This document shows positions 40,501 to 49,500 of a stretch of DNA of 64,000 nucleotides, piece by piece. The notes beneath the pieces are model-generated. The model worked only from the letters and a program-made list of their open reading frames with translations, was not told the DNA's origin and made no database searches. The first letter of the stretch is position 1; each line of letters begins with the position of its first letter. The stretch is from Tubulanus polymorphus (taxonomy: Eukaryota > Animalia > Nemertea), in the NCBI RefSeq assembly GCF_964204645.1, contig NC_134030.1:11243947-11307946 (forward strand), in the 5' to 3' direction. Made by a program: the position numbers and the translations under genes.

Positions 40501-43500
40501 ATTATTCAATGAACCGGACTCGAACGCAACTAGTGAACACAGTTCTGATATAGTTGAATCAACACCAGTTATCGTCCAACAAACGTCAGATCAAACCCAA
40601 CCGCCCGTAACTGAGGCGTGTTCAGCTGCCAAATCACCTAAATCGCCCGAGTATCTAATAATCGGCGATTCGAATTGCCACCGCCTTATGTTCTAATTTG
40701 TCATTTTGGGGACAAATGACAAATCTCTTCAGAAAGAGGATCACGATCAAGTAATCCTTGATATGACGAAAGCTGCGAATATCCTTCTCAGCCAATTCCC
40801 TTCCGCAAATATAAACATATCCAGTATCTTGCCTCGGAAGGGAAAATTAAAACCGTTATGCATTTGAATGAAGTTAAATCCCTCGTAAACAGATACTTAA
40901 AAAAACTTTGTGATAACGAGAGCAGGCTTCATTACATATATAATGATAAGAAATTCTGCCCAGATGGATCAGCGGTACGATCGATGTTCGACTCTACTGA
41001 TACCAAGGGTGTACATATCGGTATTGATGGATGTTTTCGGCATAAATGCTGAAGCGAGCAAAAGAGGCTACGAAGTCAGTCATCATCTTCGGGTAGTCCG
41101 AATAGCGTTCAGGCTTCTAAAATCCTTATTACCGGTGATTCACCGGTAACAGTTGCATAATTTCTATGTTAACCTACATCTCTGAATATATTATATTACA
41201 ATATATTATTATATTATATTATAATTTACTATAATGGACTTTTCTACAAACGTTAACAATATCTCACAGAACTGTTTAGATTGTAAATATTATAGTGATA
41301 ATAATTTTCCTTTTCGTAAGGATACGTTTTCAATTTTATCCAATAATGTACGAAGCATGAGCAAATATTTTGACGCTTTAACTCATTATCTGGATATTTA
41401 AAAACTCAAATTCTCAGTTATTGGTCTTTCTGAGACTTGGGCTAGCCAAAATAACAACAACAGCAACATGTACCATCTGAATGAATACAAAAAGTATTTT
41501 CAAATGAAGGGGAAATGGCAAAAGAGGAGGTGGGGTATCATTATATTTGAAAAATAATTTAGTTTTTAACCTGCGTTCGGATTTAAGTAGTGAAGATGAG
41601 TTAACGTTTGAGTCTTTATTTGTAGAAATTAATTATAAAAAGCATAAAAACACTATTGTTGGAATTATATATAGACCACCTGGATCAGGAATGCAAAGTT
41701 TTCAAGATGAATTTAATAAACTCTTAGACTACCACTTAACACTTCGATTAAAATTAACGGAATTAATATCGATCACGTCCATAGCACAAACTTTTTGGGT
41801 ATAAATATTGACGATAAATTATCATGGATTAATCACATCAATGATGTTCAACGTAAAGTATCTAGGAGTATCAGCATGTTAAATAGATTAAAACGATTTT
41901 TACCGCAGAAAACTCTTATTCAATTATATTTCAGTTTAGTGGAACCGGATCTCAGTTATTGCAACATAGTTTGGGCTCAAAATTTCAATGTTTACTTAAA
42001 TTCCCTATTGCTACTTCAAAAGCGAATAATATCAAATTCAAATTATTTAAAACACACTGAGCCACTTTTTAAAAGATTGAAAATACTAAGAATCAGAGAA
42101 ATGAACAAATTACAGTTAGGATGCATTATGTTTAATTATAACAAATCCATGCTACCTGATTTTTTTAATAATTATTTTCAATTTCGATATGAAATTCACA
42201 ATTATCGAACTCGTAGCTTAAACAGTATGGAAATCCCTCGAATTCAAACTCGAAGAAGTAAGTTTTCAGTAAAGACTTCTGTAACTTTGAAATTCACTCG
42301 ATCCAATTTTATAGGATTGAACAGTATCTACGTTTTTAAAAATAATTTCAAACATCATCTGTTAAGAGGTCAATAGTTATGTTTAATCTCTGTTTAAATG
42401 TATATTGATCTGGATTTATTGCGTCATTTTTTCTCTGCCTTGTCATGATTTTCATGCGTGTGCCTGTCCAAGTGTGATAGTTTGGTGAAAGGTTGCTTGC
42501 ATGTGCGTGTGTGATTTCCATGGGTGTCAGGGCCATGCTTTATGGTTACAAGTTTTTAACTTCTCCTGGTATCCATCGACTTATATAACATTACCCTGTA
42601 ATTTTCTAATGTAATTTAATTCGTAAATAAAGAATAATAATAATTCTATGTATTGGTATTTCAATTTACTACAATTCCCATCATCCTTGAATGGCTTTGC
42701 AGAAAACCCGTCATCGCTGCTTTGATCTACGGAAAATAGCTATATTTTCTTAATGATTTACTCCTGGAATTAAAAGGCGATCCAAACTGTATTAACGTAC
42801 TGGCCTACCAGATGACCTATGTCTAATTGCAAACTCTGAGGCTGCGCTACAATATCTAATTGACAAAATAAGGTCTTGGTGTGGCAAATGGCTGTTATCC
42901 ATAAATGTCGATAAAACGCAAATTGTGCACTTTAGAAAAATTAGAAAAGCATGTACGAAATTCCACTTTACATGGCATGATAATGAGATATGTAAAGTAG
43001 ACTGTTACAAATATCTTGGCGTTTATTTGGACTTTCATCTAAAATGTAACACTCATTTTGAACATTTGTCCACCTCGGCGGTAATTATAGGACGGTCTTC
43101 TACTCTCCGGAATGTAGGCTACGAGCCGTTTAAAATTTTATATGAAAGTGGTGTCGATACAATTCTCAGTTACGGTGCAGAGATTTGGAGTGCAAAAAAC
43201 CCGCATAATATTGAAAAAGTGCAGTACAGAGCTGGCAGATATTTTCTGGGCCTTAACCCTTTGACTCCTTTACCAGCACTTCTTGGTTGGCTCCCATGTA
43301 AATTCAAAAGAATCAGAAACCTAGTTCGATTCTGGAATATATTAATTGATATGGATGATAACCGACTAACCAAAAATGTTCGTTGTTCTTATAAGATGTT
43401 GCTTAAAATCTAAATAACTGGTCTAGTGATTTTCATAAAATCTGTGTAGCAATGCAAATCGTTGACAAATTTGATAATCGTCAAATTATTGCATTGAATG

Positions 43501-46500
43501 ACGCCGTTCTAAAAGACCTGGCAACACAAGAGTGACACAGGAATGGGGAGACTAAACCTAAATTGAGAACCTACAAAACATGCAAATATAACTTAGAGAC
43601 TGAAACCTTAAACTTAAACTAAATTGGCCCAAGTCGGATATAGCATAGTATAGTGCCTTGGCGTAGAGTTAATAAGTTGTGCGGTTAACGATCAGCGCAT
43701 TAACACATTGGCGCATGAATACATTGATAATTGGGTATTAATGCGCAGCAAAGGAACAGTTCATGTACAGGTTGACCGACGACTAGTGACAGTTGACTAC
43801 TGTTGGTTGTTTGTTGGTTGGCCCATTGAAGAGATGATATAGTGCATATCTCACCCGCTGGTTGACGGTCGACGGATGACACGATGCAATGTTGTCGCCA
43901 ATTTATGTACAAGGATCGTGGTGACAAAAATGAGAGACGATAGAGTGCATAGACCTATATCATCCGCTGGTTGACGGTCGACGGACGACACGTCGAAATG
44001 TCGTCGCCAATGTATGTACAAGCATCGTGGGTTGACTGGTTGACGGGTGACCACAAAACACAAACAAACAAGAGAAGTAAGTCTAAACCGAAACAGTAAA
44101 CTATAAGCATCAGCTGCGAAAATTTCATTTTTGATTTTGAAAAAAAAGAGCCGGCACGTATCGACGTCGTTCTGTAGCAATGTGAACAATGCAATATTTC
44201 ACCGTCCCCACGTTTGTTTTTTGGGAGGCGCATCTCACGATGACAGTGGTGAAAGTAAATAATGAATCTCCTGTGAATTTGAATGCTTAACCGTTGAAAC
44301 TAATATCAGAGAATTGGAATTGACTAATTGTGTTTGGTGTATGAGGTTAATAGATCGTTAATAGTTAATTTGTCGGTTGGTAGATACGTCGACACGTTGA
44401 CACATGGAATTTTAATGGCTGGCGATGTGAATGTGTCGACATGACAACTTTCTTTGGGATACACATAAACCGAACAACGCAGTAAGCATACGCGAAGGAA
44501 CTATACTATGCAATACCCTACTTGAGCCACTAAATTTTACTCGGTCTAAGAGGTCGTTAATCGCACAACTAAGGAGTGGAATACTCCCTCTTTCTATTGA
44601 AGTTGGCATGTATAGAAATACTCCATTGAAGAACCGAATTTGTCAGCTATGTTACCGAAACCTGGTTGAAAGTGAAATGCACTTGGTAATAATAGAATGT
44701 CCATGCTACGACGAATTTCGCTTAGACCTATACTCTCAAATTAGTCATGACAACTTTCGGCAATTCTCAAGTGAGGAGAAATTTACTTAAATCAATACTG
44801 AGTATCAAAAACACCTTGGAAACTTCATGATTCGAGCATGGTTTAAGAGAATATATCAGTTTAGAATCACTTATTTGTATCCTATACACTGTTTGTATAT
44901 ATTAATGATCACATTTGTAAGACTTGTTAATTTAAATGTTATGTTAAAGTGACTTGTAAGCCATACATGGCTGGATACGCTGAATCCTCTTACACGTAAA
45001 TCTATATGTATGTATTATGTCGTACATGTCACTATAATAAAAATAAAAATACAAAAAATACAAATACAATGTGAAAGTTTAAGAGTCTTCACCTTGTATG
45101 GGTTTGCTTGATAATGAACTTGGTGACCACCGCGAGTTACACTGCACGTGGAATTCAGAAAGAGTTAACCTCTGAGCCTAGGAAGAATATTGCTTGTCAA
45201 CACGGAGATCCTGAGGGGCGGGTGCCTCCCGAGTTGACCGAACGTGGGGGCTTTAAACCCTCCGATTGAGGTTTTAACTTGGCTATCCCGTGGAGATCAC
45301 ACTGCCGAGGTGCATGAAACAAACCAAATTCAAAGACCTTCTCGATGATAAAAAAACTACATGGCTCAATTGGGGAATACATACGAACAAGAACGGTATA
45401 AACTTTTTGTAGATATGTCACAGGAGGTGCATGACTTCCAAGAACTAACAAAACAACAACAGTTTCACATATTAATGGCTAACTACCAAATAACTCAAGC
45501 AACCTTTATTGAACAATGTTGGAGTAAAAGGAGTTCACTTTCAGTGCCACTTGAATATATTTATAAATAAATCTAACTAATGGTGACTTATAAGCCCGTT
45601 AAGGGGTTGGGTAGTGTCGAAATGTATATATTATGTGTTGGTAAAGAAGACTTAAACTACATGCCACAATAATAAAATAAATATACATACAATAAATATA
45701 CATACACATCTCTAGACTCAGGTACGTAGCTATCAAGAAACTGCTGTTGGTCTTCTTATTGTTATACTTTAATGTAAAATATTGTGGTATGCAAATACAA
45801 TTTTGTAAATATCACTCTGTACATCTCAAGGATGTATTAAGTACGATAAAGAGATTATTAAATTGAATTGAACCCCCAGCGATAGTGTCCGAAAAGGTTA
45901 CTTAGGCGTGAAGGGCGCTAAAATACGATCCACTGGTCAAATTCCGTGGCTTCATCCACTATTCCAGGCTAAGAAGATCCCATGGGGCAAGGGAAGAAAG
46001 CCATGATCCCGGAACTGCCAGAGTGAGACGGCACAGTCAATTTTCCAAAAGCGCTGGATGGCCGAACGGTACAAAATCGAACTTATCTGACCACGGACTT
46101 CGAACCAATATCTGACGGAAAGGTGCAAGCTGTTCGGTACCGTCTGGCGGAACTTTTCCACCCTGGGATTGACAGCCGATGTTGTTCCATTTGCTAGGTT
46201 GAAAGACATGTCTATTTGAAGTAACTTAGTCGGAGATAACGAAGACTCCTGGTAAACCCACATTCGGTTATGAATCGACTGCTCTCCCGTTTGGAGTTGC
46301 CAACGATCAGCCAATCATCTAAATCAGATAATCCAATACTTTCTCCTGTAACTGATTTCCAGACGAACGGACGAAAAGTGAACGCAATAGCCCGCTGGGA
46401 TTAGTCCCAAGTGGGCTTAAAATCAAGGACTTCCAAGGACATTTTCTGCCAAATGTTCCCATTGACTTTCCCGAACAAAAACTTTCAAGGAATCTACTAC

Positions 46501-49500
46501 AGCTACGAGCCCTCGATGCAAGGTTCCCGTTCACAGTATTCATCCGCATAGCATGGTAAAATGAATTCAATTGAACGAATTATTGATAAAATATTATCCA
46601 ACATCTTCTACATATTATTGCGATCAACTTTTATCAACAATCAGCCTAATTCAATGTTAATACAAAGATACCGGAACTATTTTTGTAGCGTATTTAACCT
46701 CACTCGGCGGATCGTTCGTTAAATCAATGACTGTAAAAACGGTGTGCATTTGTTCGCGGTAAACATACATGACACCACGCCGACATGCTAATAATAGCTT
46801 TCTGTTTCATCAAGAGCTAATGTTATGTTGTTGGTTTGGGCTCTCCACTAGTGTTGTGGTTCTCCAACACTGTATCTGTCTTTTAGGCCGGATCTTCAGT
46901 CCACGGTCTTGACTTCTACAATCGCCAGTATATAACCCTAACGACTTCTTAGATTATATATTCGTTTATTATCTCTTTGTCTAGATGTATACAATCTCTT
47001 CCTGGAGCTCTGTTCTCTCAAAAGCCTCCCTCTATTCTCTCTAGCCTCTCAAAACCTCTAAGCTTTCTTAAACCTTTAATATTATTTTCTCTTTAGTAAC
47101 GTGTGCAGGCCCTCCTCCACATATGGCTTGGAATTCATGGATTGTGACGTATTCATACGTCACAACATTCCTCCAATCCATGTATGGGTGGTGACGTATC
47201 TGCACACGTCACAATTATCTAAAAATACCTTTTTGCACTTATCAGCATATTAGGTTTCCTACGTAGACACATACGTCACTTCCAGACTTGTTTATTTATA
47301 TTACTTCTATTTATGTTTATGTATGACGTACTTATCCACTATCCACGCAGGTTGTCTGGCAACTGCAACACTGGCCATGAACTCCAGCTTCTGTACATTA
47401 CTTGTTGGTATAGTTTAACCGCTGATAACTAAAACCTACTAATGTTCCCTGAAAGCTTTTTGATATAATTCATGAAAGCCCAATAATATATTTCCTGAAA
47501 GTCTCCATATTAATAAAATGGGAAATTTATGTACATATTAATGAACAAAATATATCTTTAATTGCACGTATATGCCTACCTTCCTTCTCAAGATCTGCCT
47601 TGTCACGGTTTTTTATGGCTTCCCGTAGTCTTATGAACACACGTTCAGTTGTGTTAGCTATTTTCAAGATAAAATGCAATTTTCATTGACATTAAGCCGT
47701 AGTCAAAATTCTGTAATTGGCATCAAAGCTGGTTATAGCGTTACCTTCAGATTCTTCGTTCTTAAACATTTGTAAGCAATGATTGTAAAAACGGTCCATC
47801 AACTTTTCGTCACTTTCCTGCTCGCCTAGAATAAATATGATCAATATACAGCTGCAAAGTAGCCTTTTTATTATTTTCATTATCATTCTTTATTTGCGAA
47901 TTAAATTACATAAGAAAATTACGGGTGATAATATGGTCCAGTAAGTAAGAAAAGTAAAAAATTTACTTTCCGTGATAACATAACCAGACGAAACTAAATA
48001 CATCACGATCTGAGATCTGACTGATCAAAAAAAGTATCTCTAATTAACCGTAAATCATGTATTTGTCATAAACTTTGTTTATATATTTCACATATAAACC
48101 GCATATGGTGCCATTCATGATGTTATCCCTGACAATCAACACGAGCACTTGCGCGCGTTTTACAACGCGTTTTAGAACTACCACGCGAAAAACTGATGTC
48201 ACGTTTACGCGTGCATTATGTCTACGTGCATTTGTCGAATTGAACCTATCACTGCTTTAATATGTATCATAATCAGTCATCTGATCCCCATCCCTCTTTT
48301 GGCACAAACATTAAAGTCATGTATCGTTAGAAACATTTCTATTTTCCGATGGTGTTTATTTTATTTTTCTCGGCTGCAACAATCGGATACAGTTGCAGTT
48401 TGAAAGATAAACGTCACTTTTAGGAAGACGCCTCAAAAAATTGGTAATTTTGTGTTATTGATTGTAACTTTTTCATGTTTTCAGATACAATGTGGAATTT
48501 TTCATTGAAGATAGAGTTTTATCTGAAGATTTTGTTGATACAGCATTCGTAAATATATCTTCATAGAAACGCGTGTGGCCACCGGTTGAGTCAAGCGCAA
48601 AGCGTGCGCGAGTAGTTGACCGTCGATTTTCTGCATACGCTGGTTAAGCCAATTCCATGGCAATTTTTAAAATTTTAAAAAGAAAGAATTTTCTTTATTT
48701 TGGCGCGCCAAAACGAAATTTCAGAGAAAATTGGACGTTTTTTTCGTTTTGGCGTTCTGGCGTTCTGGCGCCCTCGTTTACATACCAGGAATTTTACGCT
48801 ATGGCCCTTATCAGCAGCCACCATAGTTCATAGTGTTATCGAATCATCCATTGCGCAGTAGGCCTATACAGAATTCATATTTCTCTAAAACTAAACATAG
48901 TGCATGAAATTGCGCTCGTTTGTTGCTACTGACTTTAATTCCTGATTTTATAAGTTCATTTTCCCTAATTTGCGGACCTTCTTAAAAAATGTCGCGGCGG
49001 AAAATATGCTCACTGTTCGAGGTCCTTTAAGTTCAAGTTCCTTTAGAACCCGGTCAATCGTCCTCGGCCAATCAGATGGCCGTATTCGCCGTTTCTATTT
49101 CTGCCAATTAGTAAGAACCCGGTTCTATTTCATGTAGAAATTGATCACGTGACCAGCCGCTTCTCTGGAAACGACCGGAGCGCGTGGGATTCGAGGCCAC
49201 TGACACCGTAATCAAAGCCTTCGGCTTTACCACCTGAGCCACGAAGGATTGATATTTCATGAGCTATAGTTTTGGTTGGGTATACACCAAATCATTGTGT
49301 CTATTATCTGCCACATGAATGTCATTTTATAATGTTCTTAATAAACATGAAACATATATTATTGATTCATTAACTACATTCAAATCTTTTATTGATAACT
49401 ATCCTGTAGATTAATCAATTTAATCACCTAACCATAACTACATTGAATAACAATGACTAAATTTGATTATTTTTTAATTATTTAATGATAACTATATTTA

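Larger units (their letters stand above)
37467..42724 (+). mobile_element. Helentron family B, unit 2, head-to-tail with unit 1
   Basis: 37470-38010 matches 31960-32490; 38011-38207 matches 33856-34060; the 3' end 42644-42723 matches 37376-37455. Confidence 0.75.

Noticed and set aside
47340-47825. Vague resemblance of peptide fragments to RNF213-like proteins
   Set aside because: Required mixing frames and was inconsistent with exon order; unsupported without an alignment.
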